Assembly: GCA_964610645.1 (NCBI GenBank)
Contig: CAZSZE010000004.1
Coordinates: 51,711 to 115,710 of the forward strand
Length of the DNA: 64,000 nucleotides
DNA from: an uncultured Enterobacterales bacterium
Lineage (GTDB): Bacteria > Myxococcota_A > UBA796 > CAJQPC01
Direction: 5' to 3'
Shown here: positions 1 to 10,300 of the stretch, piece after piece
Position numbering within the stretch: position 1 is the first letter of the stretch
Layout of the letters: each line of letters starts with the position of its first letter
Notes under the pieces: generated by a model
Databases searched by the model: none
Seen by the model: only the letters and a program-made list of their open reading frames with translations
Told to the model about the DNA's origin: nothing
Program-made: the position numbers and the translations under genes

Positions 1-1977
1 GGCTGCCATCATTCGCACATGGCCCATGGGGGCAATGCTGCGCTTGCCGTTTCGCGCCTGGAAGGCACAGTCGAAAATGGGCAGGTGCTCCTCCTTGAAG
101 CCCGGGGCACCCTCAATGGTCTCCTGCTGGTCCAACCAGGCCAGGATTCCGTCTCGTTCCAACTCCGTGTAGTCCAGCATGTCCAGGGCCAGGGGCACGG
201 TCTGGTTCACGATTTTCAACATGCCGCCGCCCACAAGCTTCTTGTACTTGATGAGGGCAATGTCCGGCTCGATGCCTGTGGTGTCGCAGTCCATCATGAA
301 GCCGATGGTCCCGGTGGGGGCCAGCACGGTGACCTGGGAGTTGCGGTAGCCAGCAGCCTTGCCCATCTCCACGCACGCGTCCCAGCTCTGGTGCGCCGCC
401 TCCAGGAGATTGGTCGGCACGAGGTCCTTGGGCAGCTCCATGGCCGCCTTGCGGTGCTTGCTCATGACCCGCAGCATGGGCTTGCGGTTCTTTGCATAGC
501 CCTTGAAGGTCCCGCGGGAGTCTGCAATGCGGGCGGACTGGAGGTAGGCCTCTCCGTGCATCACCGCGGTGATGGCCCCCGCGCGGGCACGGCCGTTCTC
601 CGAGTCGTAGGGCAGGGCCCAGGACATGAGCAACGCTCCGAGGTTGGCATAGCCAAGTCCCAGGGGCCTGAAGGCATGGGAGTTCTTCTCGATCTGCGGC
701 GTCGGGTAGGAGGCCCGGTCCACCAGGATCTCCTGGGCGGTGATGGTCACCTGCACAGCTGCCTTGAAGCGGTCCACATCAAAGGACCCATCCGCCATGC
801 GGAACTTCATGAGGTTCAGGGAGGCGAGGTTGCAGGCCGAGTTGTCCAGGAACATGTACTCGGAGCAAGGGTTCGAGGCGTAGATCCGATCCGTGTTCAG
901 ACAGGTGTGCCAGTCATTGATGGTGGTGTCGTACTGCATGCCAGGGTCGCCGCAGAGCCAGGCAGCCTCGGAAATCTGCGCCATCAGGTCCCGCGCCTTG
1001 ACGGTGCTTGCAACCTCGCCGTCCTTGCGGGTGTGGGTGTCCCAGTCACCATCCTTGAGCACCGCTTCCATGAATACATCGGTGACACGGACCGAGTGGT
1101 TTGCGTTCTGGTAGTAGACGGAGTCGTAAGCACCTCCCGGCACGTTGAATCCGCCGTCATAGCCTGCGTCGATGAGCGACCAGGCCTTCTGCTCTTCCTC
1201 GGACTTGCAGTTCACGAAGTCCAGAATGTCCGGGTGATCCACGTCGAGAATGACCATCTTGGCGGCCCGACGGGTCTTGCCTCCGGACTTGATCACGCCA
1301 GCAAAGGCATCAAAGCCACGCATGAAGGAGACGGGTCCCGATGCGGTACCGCCACCGCGGAGCCGCTCCTTGGAGGAGCGAATGCGGGAGAGGTTGCTGC
1401 CGGCGCCACTGCCCCACTTGAAGAGGAGGGCCTCTGTGCGGGCCAGGGTCATGATCGACTCCATGGAATCTTCCACGGCGTTGATGAAGCAAGCAGAGCA
1501 CTGGGGCTTCTCTTCCACGCCCACGTTGAACCAGACCGGGCTGTTGAAGGCCACGTACTGGTGGAGGCACATCCAGGTGAGCTCGTCCCGGAAGGCCGAT
1601 GCGGCTTCCTCGTCGGCAAAGTAGCCGTCGGCGAGGCCCCACTCATGGATCGTGTCGCACACGCGGCCAATCAACTGCCGCACGGAAGTCTCTCGTTCCG
1701 GCGTACCCACATGGCCGCGGAAGTACTTGGACACAACCACGTTGGTCGCGGTAGCGGACCAGTCCCTGGGCACTTCCACCTGGCGCTGCTCAAAGACCGA
1801 CTCCCCGGAGGCATCCGAAATCACTGCATCGCGAAGTTCCCAGGCGACGGTGTCGTAGGGGTCGGTTCCCGCCGTCGTAAACGACCGCGTGAATTCCAGT
1901 CCTTTCCGGGTCTTGGTGGTACGGGAACGGGCGCGGGTGCTTCGGGAGGGGCTGCGAGGAGTGGGAGGGGTGTCCAT
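1..1977 (-). CDS. nrdJ: Class II (adenosylcobalamin-dependent) ribonucleotide reductase, C-terminus cut by window edge
   Basis: My own minus-strand translation from ATG at 1977 (GGAGA 7 nt upstream) stays open for 659 codons to base 1. It reads MDTPPTPRS..VVSKYFRG..FNSPVWFNVG..PQCSACFI..LFKWGSGAGSNLSRIRSSKE..GGGTASGPVSFMRGFD..KSGGKTRRAAKMVILDVDHPD..NPCSEYMFLDNSACNLASLNL..LAPTGTIGFMMDCDTTGIEPD. It is not in the ORF track because it has no stop in the window. The + ORF 19..1998 is its antisense shadow. Confidence 0.9.
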   Translation of the reverse strand, partial: MDTPPTPRSPSRSTRARSRTTKTRKGLEFTRSFTTAGTDPYDTVAWELRDAVISDASGESVFEQRQVEVPRDWSATATNVVVSKYFRGHVGTPERETSVRQLIGRVCDTIHEWGLADGYFADEEAASAFRDELTWMCLHQYVAFNSPVWFNVGVEEKPQCSACFINAVEDSMESIMTLARTEALLFKWGSGAGSNLSRIRSSKERLRGGGTASGPVSFMRGFDAFAGVIKSGGKTRRAAKMVILDVDHPDILDFVNCKSEEEQKAWSLIDAGYDGGFNVPGGAYDSVYYQNANHSVRVTDVFMEAVLKDGDWDTHTRKDGEVASTVKARDLMAQISEAAWLCGDPGMQYDTTINDWHTCLNTDRIYASNPCSEYMFLDNSACNLASLNLMKFRMADGSFDVDRFKAAVQVTITAQEILVDRASYPTPQIEKNSHAFRPLGLGYANLGALLMSWALPYDSENGRARAGAITAVMHGEAYLQSARIADSRGTFKGYAKNRKPMLRVMSKHRKAAMELPKDLVPTNLLEAAHQSWDACVEMGKAAGYRNSQVTVLAPTGTIGFMMDCDTTGIEPDIALIKYKKLVGGGMLKIVNQTVPLALDMLDYTELERDGILAWLDQQETIEGAPGFKEEHLPIFDCAFQARNGKRSIAPMGHVRMMAA

Positions 1978-2046
1978 GAAGGATCTCCGGTGGGTTGATG
2001 ACAGGTTTCTCTACCGTCATCTGATTGAACCGGTCAAGGCAAAAAA

Positions 2047-2094
2047 ACACAAGATGTAGTGGTCGAAAAGAGTGAAATACCCCATATATAGTAT
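2047..2094 (-). promoter_or_regulatory. Two NrdR-box-like 16-bp palindromes upstream of nrdJ
   Basis: ACACAAGATGTAGTGG (2047-2062) and ACCCCATATATAGTAT (2079-2094). By my count each matches the NrdR box consensus acaCwAtATaTwGtgt at 13 of 16 positions. Their starts are 32 bp apart, about three helical turns as in typical tandem NrdR boxes. On the minus strand box 2 overlaps a TATATA -10-like element lying 17-18 nt downstream of TTGTCC. Confidence 0.5.
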
Positions 2095-2316
2095 CCTGTG
2101 GATGCTATGGACAACTGCCTTTCGGGGGTGTGAAGCCCCGTCCTTCGTGGGTCCAACTCCCGCGTTGCCTATGGATGACTTGAAGGAGAAGTCCCTTGCG
2201 GGCGCGCCGGATCCTGGCGAAAAAAGTCTGAATTCGCGGCGCGCGGGACAACTCTGTGGACAACTTGGGGAAGAGCGCATCCAACCACTCGTGAATTCAG
2301 GAGGATAGGGGTTCAG

Positions 2317-3276
2317 ATGCGGGTGGCACGACGAGTGGAGGGCCTCTTTCGGGAGGCAGCCCAAGGAAGGTTGGAGGTGCGCTCTCGCTTTCTCCAGGCT
2401 CTGGTGGCGGAGGTGCCAGCAGCGCGTCGGGTGGGTTCGCTGGGGCTCGGGCGGTTGGGCAAGGAGGAGGACCAGGGACTGTTGTGGGACCGGCTCCAGG
2501 AGGAGCGGGTGGATGCGGTGCGCCTGGCGCTGGCCGTGGCCTGGGTGCGGTGTGGTGGGAAGATGGACGCCGCTCTGGAGTGCCTCTCCCTGCGCCGGGC
2601 ACCCGGTCTGTCTGAGAAGCCAAAGGTGTGGGTGGACGAGGCGCGGGGTGTCCTGGAATCCGACCCTGCCGACCTGCGGGACCGGTTGGACCTGGATCCT
2701 GGAGGTGGACGGGAGGTGCTCTTGCAGCTCTGCGCGCACCAATGGCCCGAGGATGCAAAGCGAATCCAGCGGGTGCGGCAGGCAGCGGGCCGCCGGGGAG
2801 AGCATGCCTGTCTAGAGGCCACCGGGCGCCTTGGCAGCCCCATGGGCCGATCGGTCCTCGTGGACGGACTGGACGAAATGCACGTGGACCCCGGGCGGGG
2901 GATTGCTCACCGCCGGGCCAGCGCGGAGGCCCTGGGGCGCCTGGGCCTCCCGGAAGGACTCAGGCCCCTGAAGCGTGCGTTGTTCGCGGAAGTGACAGCC
3001 CTCGGAGCGCCGGGCGCAGGCATGGGGGTGCAGTACCCGGTTCGGGACACGGTGTTGCGTGCCCTCGGTGAGCTGCAGGATCGCCGCACCATTCCCCTGT
3101 TCCTTGACTGGCTGGGGGCTGAGGCGGAGAGCCCGCTGGGGGGACTGCACCTTCCTGCCATGGAGGGCCTGTGGAAGCTTGGGGAGCGCGCCGTGCCTGC
3201 ATTGGAGGCCGCTGCCAGCAAGGCCTTCGGGCCAGCTGCCCGCAACGCCCAGGCCGTTCTTTCCGCAATCTCCTAG
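2317..3276 (+). CDS. HEAT / PBS-lyase-like repeat protein (hypothetical)
   Basis: 319-aa ORF with high GC3 and GGAGGA upstream. It has repeated helical motifs of the form R..A.EALGRLG and VRDTVLRALGELQD typical of HEAT-like repeats. The overlapping minus ORFs look like shadows. Confidence 0.6.
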   Translation: MRVARRVEGLFREAAQGRLEVRSRFLQALVAEVPAARRVGSLGLGRLGKEEDQGLLWDRLQEERVDAVRLALAVAWVRCGGKMDAALECLSLRRAPGLSEKPKVWVDEARGVLESDPADLRDRLDLDPGGGREVLLQLCAHQWPEDAKRIQRVRQAAGRRGEHACLEATGRLGSPMGRSVLVDGLDEMHVDPGRGIAHRRASAEALGRLGLPEGLRPLKRALFAEVTALGAPGAGMGVQYPVRDTVLRALGELQDRRTIPLFLDWLGAEAESPLGGLHLPAMEGLWKLGERAVPALEAAASKAFGPAARNAQAVLSAIS

Positions 3277-3289
3277 CGAGAGGGAGTCG

Positions 3290-3970
3290 CTACTGGGTGC
3301 TCTTCGACGCGGTTCCACCCTTGTCGGCCGAGTACAGATCTCCCTGGCTCGGATCCACCCGGGCCAATCCCGCCCGGTACACGTTCACGTAGTAGTAGTC
3401 CTTGTTGTCCAGGTGGTTGTGGGCCTTGTTCACAAAAGTGAGTTGAATGTACCCGTCGCTCTCAAAGTCCGCGACGGGGTTCAGTACGCGGCCCAGGGGA
3501 CTGTACACAATGGAGTCGGTGCAGCTGCATCCGGAAGGTCCGGCTAGATCGGCGGAGGTGTAGCTCAAGGACACGTCCTTCAGGTAGTCCTCCCCCGTCT
3601 TGGACAGGTCGTACTTGGAAAAGTCCAGGGTGGACCATGTGGTGCTGCCCATCTTCTTGTTGCCAATTTCAGCGATCCACGCCCCGGCATTTGCTCCCCC
3701 GCTGGATGTGGCGGTGGTGTCGTAGTCCGTGATGCGTACCCGGGTCTGGCGGTTGTTTTGAACGGCCTGGATGCGCGCATTCTGCAGGGCGTTGGAGAAA
3801 TCCCGCGCTGCTTGCCGGGTGCGGAATCGGGGCAGAAGCTTTCGACTTGTGGCGATGGACAGACCCGAGAGAACCGCCATGATCGCGATCACGATGATCA
3901 TCTCAATCAGGGTGAAACCCATCCGCCGGGGATGCCTGGGGTGGATGGTTCGCGAAAACAGGGTGATCAC
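3290..3970 (-). CDS. Type IV pilin-like / T2SS pseudopilin (FimT/GspH-like) with prepilin N-methylation motif
   Basis: N-terminus ..RRMG|FTLIEMIIVIAIMAVLSGL is the class III signal: Gly-Phe cleavage site, Glu at +5 and a hydrophobic helix. It is followed by ..ARDFSNALQNARIQAV as in FimT/GspH minor pilins. The start may be 3970 or the internal ATG at 3922. GC is visibly lower than in neighbouring genes. Confidence 0.8.
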   Translation of the reverse strand: MITLFSRTIHPRHPRRMGFTLIEMIIVIAIMAVLSGLSIATSRKLLPRFRTRQAARDFSNALQNARIQAVQNNRQTRVRITDYDTTATSSGGANAGAWIAEIGNKKMGSTTWSTLDFSKYDLSKTGEDYLKDVSLSYTSADLAGPSGCSCTDSIVYSPLGRVLNPVADFESDGYIQLTFVNKAHNHLDNKDYYYVNVYRAGLARVDPSQGDLYSADKGGTASKSTQ

Positions 3971-4028
3971 AGGGGCAGTATACCCTCGCTGAGGCGATCC
4001 CTCGCGCTGCTAAATCCGCTGAATCCGG

Positions 4029-4057
4029 TTGACTTCAGGCCCCCTGCACCATAAATC
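4029..4057 (+). promoter_or_regulatory. Sigma70-like promoter candidate for rpsD
   Basis: TTGACT (4029-4034), a 16-17 nt spacer, then ATAAAT/TAAATC (4051-4057). This would give a leader of about 100 nt before the AAGGAG SD and ATG at 4165. The leader could host S4 autoregulation, but I could not verify that. Confidence 0.4.
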
Positions 4058-4164
4058 GCCGGCTCGCGCTCCGAGATTCTCTCGGGGATCGAACCGGCAC
4101 CCGGGCCCACGTTTCCTGACGAAACCCCCCGGTTGTCTTCACAGCACCCCAAAAGGAGCGTGTC

Positions 4165-4782
4165 ATGGCACGTTATCGTGGACCTCGGCTGAAGAAATGC
4201 CGAGCAGTGGGCGCGGTGCTTCCCGGACTCACCACGGCAGGAACGCTTGAGCGTCCCTATCCCCCCGGTGACCACGGGCAGCGACGTCGCGGCCGACCCT
4301 CGGACTACAAAGTCCGCCTGGTAGAGAAGCAAAAGGTGCGCTGGCACTACGGCGTTCTCGAAAAGCAGTTCATTCGCTACGTGAAGGAAGCTTCCCGTCG
4401 CAAGGGCCCCACCGGAAAGATCCTGGCCAATCTCCTGGAGAGCCGCCTGGACAACATGATCTGGCGCATCGGGTTGGCCCCCACCATTCCCGCCGCCCGG
4501 CAGATGGTGGTCCACGGACACATCACAGTGGATGGTTCCCGCGTGGACCGTCCCTCGTACCAGGTCAAGGTTGGCCAGATTCTGTCTGTGCGTGTGAAGT
4601 CACGCAGCAAGCAGTACATCGCAGAAGCCATTGAAGCTTCCGCGGCGTGGCCCCGCCCCCAGTACCTGGAGTTCGATCCGTCCAAGGTGCAAGGTCGCGT
4701 GGTGGCAGCGCCCCATGCGGATGACCTGCCCCTGGAGGTCAACCTGCAGGCCATCGTCGAGTTCTACTCGCAGAAGCTGTAG
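4165..4782 (+). CDS. rpsD: 30S ribosomal protein S4
   Basis: MARYRGPRLKKCRAVG..DYKVRLVEKQKVRWHYGVLEKQF..LESRLDNMIWRIGLAPTIPAARQMVVHGHITVDG..PSY.VK.G is an unmistakable S4 sequence including the S4 RNA-binding domain. AAGGAG SD is present. Confidence 0.95.
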   Translation: MARYRGPRLKKCRAVGAVLPGLTTAGTLERPYPPGDHGQRRRGRPSDYKVRLVEKQKVRWHYGVLEKQFIRYVKEASRRKGPTGKILANLLESRLDNMIWRIGLAPTIPAARQMVVHGHITVDGSRVDRPSYQVKVGQILSVRVKSRSKQYIAEAIEASAAWPRPQYLEFDPSKVQGRVVAAPHADDLPLEVNLQAIVEFYSQKL

Positions 4783-4812
4783 CGCTCACAGAAGCTGCAA
4801 CGCTTACAAATA

Positions 4813-4857
4813 GCGGCCCGCTCGACGTAGAGATTCGTCGGTCGGGCCGTTTTCTTT
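4813..4857. terminator. Hairpin terminator between convergent rpsD and rpmG
   Basis: GCGGCCCGCTCGACG-tagagatt-CGTCGGTCGGGCCGT forms a stem with a 2-nt internal mismatch, followed by TTTCTTT on the + strand. The minus strand has a weaker T-rich tail (CTATTTGT). Confidence 0.5.
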
Positions 4858-4958
4858 GCCCCTCCCTTCTTTGCGTTGCGCTCCGCGGTATGGCTCCGCG
4901 CGCCGTCGGTTCATCTGCTGCGCACCCTCACATCGTCGGGGTGCGAACTGCGAGAGAA

Positions 4959-5147
4959 CTACTTGATTTCCCGGTGCGGCGTGTGCTTCCGCTCCCAGCG
5001 GCAGTACTTGTTGAACTCAAGCCGGTCGGGAGTGGTGCGCTTGTTCTTGGTGGTCGAGTACCGGGAAACGCCCGGCATTCCGGAGTTCCGACAAGTGGTG
5101 CACTCAAGGTGAATGATGACGCGGCCCTTGCCTGCTTTCCTGGCCAT
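4959..5147 (-). CDS. rpmG: 50S ribosomal protein L33
   Basis: From the internal ATG at 5147 (GGAGG SD upstream): [62 protein letters not shown]. The L33 signature Y.T.KNKR..P..LE..KY....RKH is present. The 26-aa N-terminal extension in the track is not supported. Confidence 0.9.
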   Translation of the reverse strand: MARKAGKGRVIIHLECTTCRNSGMPGVSRYSTTKNKRTTPDRLEFNKYCRWERKHTPHREIK

Positions 5148-5196
5148 GATGACCTCCGGGACGGTGGGGGATCTTCCCCTTGAAGAACGGCCCCGG

Positions 5197-5225
5197 TTTG
5201 TATCGCCGTGCCGGCGGCCTGTCAA
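5197..5225 (-). promoter_or_regulatory. Sigma70-like promoter candidate for rpmG
   Basis: The minus strand reads TTGACA (5225-5220), a 17-nt spacer, then TACAAA (5202-5197), about 45 nt upstream of the rpmG ATG. Confidence 0.45.
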
Positions 5226-5274
5226 CGCTCCATCCCCATGGAATCGGTAGACTCTTGGGGGGTCCTCGAGGGAG

Positions 5275-7338
5275 ATGGAACGCTACGTGGTGAGGCGACG
5301 CTCGCTCCTGGCCCTTGGGGTGGTGCTGCTGGCAAATGTCGGCTGCGCAGTGCTGCGGGAGGGCCGGGTCCACGACCAGCCCACGGTCAAGGGAATCCGA
5401 TTCGTCGAGGAAGAGCCGCGCTTTCGCTGGGTCCGGGGCACCTCTGACTACACCCTGCGCACTGCCATTGTGCAGAAGAGCAGCCCACCGGGCGCCCATT
5501 TTCTATACGTGGTGGATCGCACCGAGCTGGATCTTGGAAGCCTGGAGGACGATGCCCGCCGCATGGAGCTCTGGTACGCCCACCATGGCTTCTTCGATGC
5601 GCGGTTTCAGGGGTGGGAGATCAGGCAGGTGCGGCCCAAGCGCAGCTGGCGCACCTGGATTCACAGGAGCTGGGCACCGTACCCAAAGGTGGTGCAGGTC
5701 GTGGGCCATGTCCGGGAGGGGCCTGCCAGCCAGGTGCGTTCCATCACCTTTGAGGGGCTGGACGCTGTGCCGGCCCTGCGAGGATCCGTGGTCAGGCGTG
5801 TTTCTGTGAGCGTGGGGGACCGGTTTGACCTGGAGGCGCATGAAGCCACGATCCAGCAGGCCATGTCCATTCTCCAGAACGCGAGCTTTGCCCGGGCGAA
5901 AGTCGAGGGGGTGGTGAATGTGTGGCCCGAGGAGCAGGCCGTCGACCTGGTCTACCGGGTGTCGGGGGTCGGGGTGGGACATGCCTGCCGGTTTGGTGAG
6001 GTGGAGATCACCGGCGGGGATCGCGTGCCGGAGTCCCAGATCCGGGAGGCTATCGTGGTCGAACCGGGCAAGGCGTTCAGTGCCAGTGCCCTCTCCGAGA
6101 CACAGTTCGGGGTCTTCTCCCTGGGCGTCTTTTCCCTTGTACAGGTCCAGCCAGATCTTTCCGTGCCCGGCCGGGACATTCCCGTGCGGGTGGATCTCAC
6201 GGAGACCCGCTTTCGAGAGCTGCGGTTGGGACCCGGAATTGGAGTGGAAAACGGAGAGCAATTTGTGCGCTTGGGGGCAGTCTTTGCCCATTCGAACCTG
6301 CTGGAGCGGCTGTTCAAGCTGGACATCACCGCCAACATCGGCCTGAAGAGCTTTGCCAGCGCGGAGGGAGTGCCTGACCTGTCGGGCGTGACCGAGGAGT
6401 TCAGCACGTCACCTGTTGCCGACACGGAAGTGGCATTGACCACGCCTGGGTTCCTGCGGCCGGATCTTTCCCTTCGCCAGGCAGCGGAGTTTGAAATCGA
6501 TGAAGACCCCGGGGGCCGTTTCCGCCACTGGGATCTCTCCCCGTCCCTGACCTGGAAGGCCAGTCGCAACCTCTCCCTGATCTTCGCCTACCACTATGGG
6601 CTGTGGTCGGGAGACCTGGACGAGCGGCTCCGGGAGCTGGAGCCCTTCGCGGATTTCAAGGACGCCTACCGCATTCTCAGCCTGGAACAGCGCCTGCTCT
6701 ACGACGACCGCAACGATCCCATCCGGACCCGGGAAGGCACCTACGCGGACCTGGGCATCACCGAGGCGGGGCTGGGTGCGGGGTACCGGTTCTTGCATGT
6801 AAAGGGGGACCTGCGGGGTTTCCTGGACACCCGGCGGTGGCGCAAGCAGTTGGGCCCCACCGCTGGCGTGCTCGCCACCCGGGTGGCTGGGGGCTGGACG
6901 GCCCCCCATGACCTCTGGGCCAAGCCCGGCGACTCCCTTTCCCGAGTACCCTACCCGGATCGTTTTCAGTTGGGCGGCAGCAACAGTGTCCGGGGCTGGA
7001 TGCCCAACATGCTGGGTCCTGTGGAGTGCTCCGATTCCGAGGACCTGGACACCTGCCAGATTGTGGGCGGCGAGATCGCGCTCTGGGGGACGGTGGAGTA
7101 CCGGATGGACATGCCCTGGGACAGCGCTCTGGCGGGCTTCCTGGACGTGGGCCAGGCCTGGCAGAACCCCGAGGAATTTGACCTGGCGGACCTGCAGCCC
7201 TCTGCGGGGGTTGGATTGCGGGTCGGAACGCCGGTGGGGCCGTTGCGACTGGACTTTGCGTTCCGGCTCAGGGAAGACGTGGGCCCCGAGGACTTTCCTG
7301 GGTTCAACGTTCACTTCGGTCTTTCGGAGGCGTTCTGA
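5275..7338 (+). CDS. tamA: Omp85-family outer-membrane protein (TamA/BamA-like, POTRA + beta-barrel)
   Basis: 687 aa with an N-terminal signal and POTRA-like repeats (VKGIRFVEE.., VRSITFEGL.., [11 protein letters not shown]). The C-terminal barrel ends ..[20 protein letters not shown] with an aromatic terminal residue. It overlaps the downstream tamB-like gene by 1 nt (TGATG). Confidence 0.8.
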   Translation: MERYVVRRRSLLALGVVLLANVGCAVLREGRVHDQPTVKGIRFVEEEPRFRWVRGTSDYTLRTAIVQKSSPPGAHFLYVVDRTELDLGSLEDDARRMELWYAHHGFFDARFQGWEIRQVRPKRSWRTWIHRSWAPYPKVVQVVGHVREGPASQVRSITFEGLDAVPALRGSVVRRVSVSVGDRFDLEAHEATIQQAMSILQNASFARAKVEGVVNVWPEEQAVDLVYRVSGVGVGHACRFGEVEITGGDRVPESQIREAIVVEPGKAFSASALSETQFGVFSLGVFSLVQVQPDLSVPGRDIPVRVDLTETRFRELRLGPGIGVENGEQFVRLGAVFAHSNLLERLFKLDITANIGLKSFASAEGVPDLSGVTEEFSTSPVADTEVALTTPGFLRPDLSLRQAAEFEIDEDPGGRFRHWDLSPSLTWKASRNLSLIFAYHYGLWSGDLDERLRELEPFADFKDAYRILSLEQRLLYDDRNDPIRTREGTYADLGITEAGLGAGYRFLHVKGDLRGFLDTRRWRKQLGPTAGVLATRVAGGWTAPHDLWAKPGDSLSRVPYPDRFQLGGSNSVRGWMPNMLGPVECSDSEDLDTCQIVGGEIALWGTVEYRMDMPWDSALAGFLDVGQAWQNPEEFDLADLQPSAGVGLRVGTPVGPLRLDFAFRLREDVGPEDFPGFNVHFGLSEAF

Positions 7339-10300
7339 TGGCTCTGGGAGCGCGCGGGCGGTGGATCCTCGGGGGCACCGCAGCGCTCTTTGTGGGGGCG
7401 TGTGTGGCAGGGGCCAGCTGGCTGGCTTCCCCAAGCGGTGAGGCATTCATCCTGGCCCGGATCCACTCCCTGGCCACAGAGTCCCTGGCGGAGGGTCGGG
7501 TGGAACTGGAGGGCCTGGACATTCATGGCCTTCACGGGGCAACGCTGGAGGGGGTGCGGTTGATCGATGGGGCCGATCGGGAGGTGGTGTCTCTTTCCCT
7601 CGAGGTGGAGATTTCGCTGGCACCGCTGTTGTGGCGGGAGGTGCACCTGGGCCGCTTGCGCGTGCGCGATCTCCGCCTGGACTTGCAAGCGGGGGAGGAC
7701 CGCCTGTTCTCGATCCAGAAGATGCTCCCAGAATCCGAGGGAGAAGGCGGTGCAGATTGGGACGTGGTGGTGGAAGCCCTGGGGGTGGAGGGCACGGAAA
7801 TCACCGTGGAACATCCGGACTTTCAGCTCCGGGTGGGGGCCTGGGGCATAGAAGGCGGGGTGGCGCTCAAGGGGGGGGTGCTTCGCTGGCGGGGGCTGAC
7901 GCTCCAAGCCGAGGTCGGAGGGGAGGTGGGCGATGTGCGCCTTGCAACGGAGGGGATCTTCGATGGGTCGGAGGTCTTGCTGGAGACCCTGGACCTTGAT
8001 GTCCGAGAGGCGCGTGTGCACGTGGAAGGCACGGTAGAAGACCTGGAGAGTGTGCCCCAGTTCCAGGGGAAGTTGCAGGCCGAGAACCTCCTCTTGGCTC
8101 CCTGGGAGGAGACGGTGGGGGTCGAGGGGCTCTCGGGTGTACTGGCCCTGGAGCTGGAGGCCAAGGGCAGCCTGCAGTCTCTAGACCTCACCGGGCGTTT
8201 GGAGACGGAGAGTGGCCAGGTGTCCCTTGCTGGCACCCTGGGTTCCCTGGATGCAATCCCGGCCTGGTCTCTGGTTCTTGGACTGGAAGGGTTGGACCCG
8301 GCGGCACACATGGCGGGCCTGCTCCCTTCTTCCATCACCGGCACCGTTTCCCTGGAGGGGACGGGCTGGGTGCCCCAAGAAGGATTCGTGGCCACAGTGG
8401 ATCTGGAAAAAGGCCTCGCCATGGACCAGGTGTTTCACGGCGTGAAGGGTAGGGTGCGGGGAGTCGATGACGGTTTCGCCCTGGAGTCCCTGGCGGTGGA
8501 CAGCCCCCTGGGCTCGGTCGGCCTGTCGGGCAACTGGAAGGACAACGGGTTCTCGGGCAGTGTTCGCGCCCAGGCCTCGGATCTCTCGCGCCTGGAGGCG
8601 GTGGGCATCACCGATCTCTCGGGGGCCGGTTCTGCCTCCGGTTCGGTGCGGGCCACCCTCGGGGATGCGCCGGTGGTTCGGTTCGACGGAGAGGTGGCAG
8701 CAGACGGTGTGCGGGGTCCCGAGAACGTGCGGCTGCGATCCGCCAGCGGTCCGGTGGAGCTGGTGTGGCGGGATGGGCGGGTGGATGCATCTGGCCGAAC
8801 GCGGGCCCGGGCCCTGGAGACGGACGAGGCCAGGCTGGGCGATGCCCTGGTGGAGTGGGAGGGTTTCTACGCCCCGGACGGCAGCTTTGACCTGAAAGCG
8901 CGGGTCAAGGCGGGGGGGTTTGAAGGCGGCGGGTTGCGGGTGGGAGGCCTGGTGGGCTCTTTTTCGGCCAGCGCCAACTCGCCTCTCTCTGTGGACCTGG
9001 ACATGCAGGTCCGTGCCGTGACCTGGCAGAACCTCAAGGCCGACGCCGGTCAGGTCCGCGTGGTGCTCTCCCCTTCGGGTGAATCCAAGGTGTCGGTGTT
9101 CCTCACCCTGGCGGGAAAGCCGCTCCTGGACCTGCAGGGAGTGGCGTGGCCGGAAGAGGGTCGCCTGGAGGTGGACACCCTCTCCCTGTCTCCTCCGGGC
9201 TACGACGCATGGCAGCTCACGGAGCCTGCCCGGGCGACGTGGATGGGCACAACCCAAGGCACCGCCTTTCTGTCCCTGGTCTCCCCAAGCGGCCGGTTGC
9301 GAGTGGAGGCTGCCGTGGAGGATGGTCCGCTCACAGCGGAAGTCGAGGTGTCGGGCCTGGTCCTGTCCTGGTTGGAAGCTGTGCTGCCAGTGGCCGGGTG
9401 GGAGGGCGTGACCGATGGGCAGGTCAACGTGGGGGGCACGCTCAAGAACCTCCTGGTGGAGGGGCGGTTGGAAGTGCGGGATCTCCTCATCCCGGACACG
9501 GTGGAAGGCCTGGGTGTTGCGGTGGATTTCACCAACCTGGACGGGGTGGTTCGGGTGGAGGGCGACCTGTCTGACGGAGAGGCGCCCATCGGGCGGGTCC
9601 AGGCGGTTTTGCCCTTGGGATTTGGGCTGCAATCGGAGCGCGTGTCTGTCCTGGGGATTGAGGGCCTCTGGCTGGAGCCGGATCAGCCCATGGAGTTCCA
9701 TGGGGTCCTGGACCCCGTGGGCCTGCGGCGCCTGGGGGCCTTGGCGCCAGGGGTTTCAAAGCTGCCCAAGGGACGGGTTGGAGCGGAAATTCGGGTGGGG
9801 GGCACCCCTTCCCAGCCGCGCATGACCCTGGCCAGCAGCCTGGATGTTCGCCTGGGCGATGTGTCGGATCGGGCCCGGGTGGATCTGGATGTGCTCCTGC
9901 GGGAGGGGCGGTTTGATGTGGGGGTCCTGGTGATGCAGGAGGGGGTGCGGCGGCTCCGGGTGGAGGGCGAGGCTGCCACGCGCATCGAGACGCTGCTTTC
10001 TTCTCTATGGGATGGAACCGAAGACCCTCCCTGGGGCGATTTGAATGCATGGGTGGGTGCCCTGGACCTGGAGGTGGTGCCCATGGCGGTTCCACTGTCC
10101 GCGCTGTCACCCTTTGTGCCCCTTCCGGAGGGGGTGCAGGGGTTCCTTGGGGGTGGTTTCCAGGTGGGCGGCACCGGGGCGCATCCGACTCTGGCAGGCG
10201 CGGTGCAGGTCATCGAAGGGCGCCTGGGCGACCTGGTGCTTGCGCCGGCCCTGGTGGCTGTTTCCCCCACGGAGGGGGCCTTCAACGTCATGGGGCTCTT

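Noticed and set aside
19-1998. 659-aa + strand ORF, the only long ORF the track lists over this region
   Set aside because: It is the exact antisense of a clear class II ribonucleotide reductase reading frame. Its sequence is a low-complexity Gly/His/Val/Arg-rich shadow with no recognisable motifs.
1978-2316. Cobalamin riboswitch in the nrdJ leader
   Set aside because: I could not find a B12-box-like element or the conserved GCCACTG-type core. Class II RNR genes are also not the usual riboswitch targets.
5275-5370. TamL-like lipidation of the Omp85 protein (signal ends ..LLANVGC)
   Set aside because: The residue at -3 is Asn, which does not fit the lipobox [LVI][ASTVI][GAS]C. Ordinary signal peptidase I cleavage is more likely.
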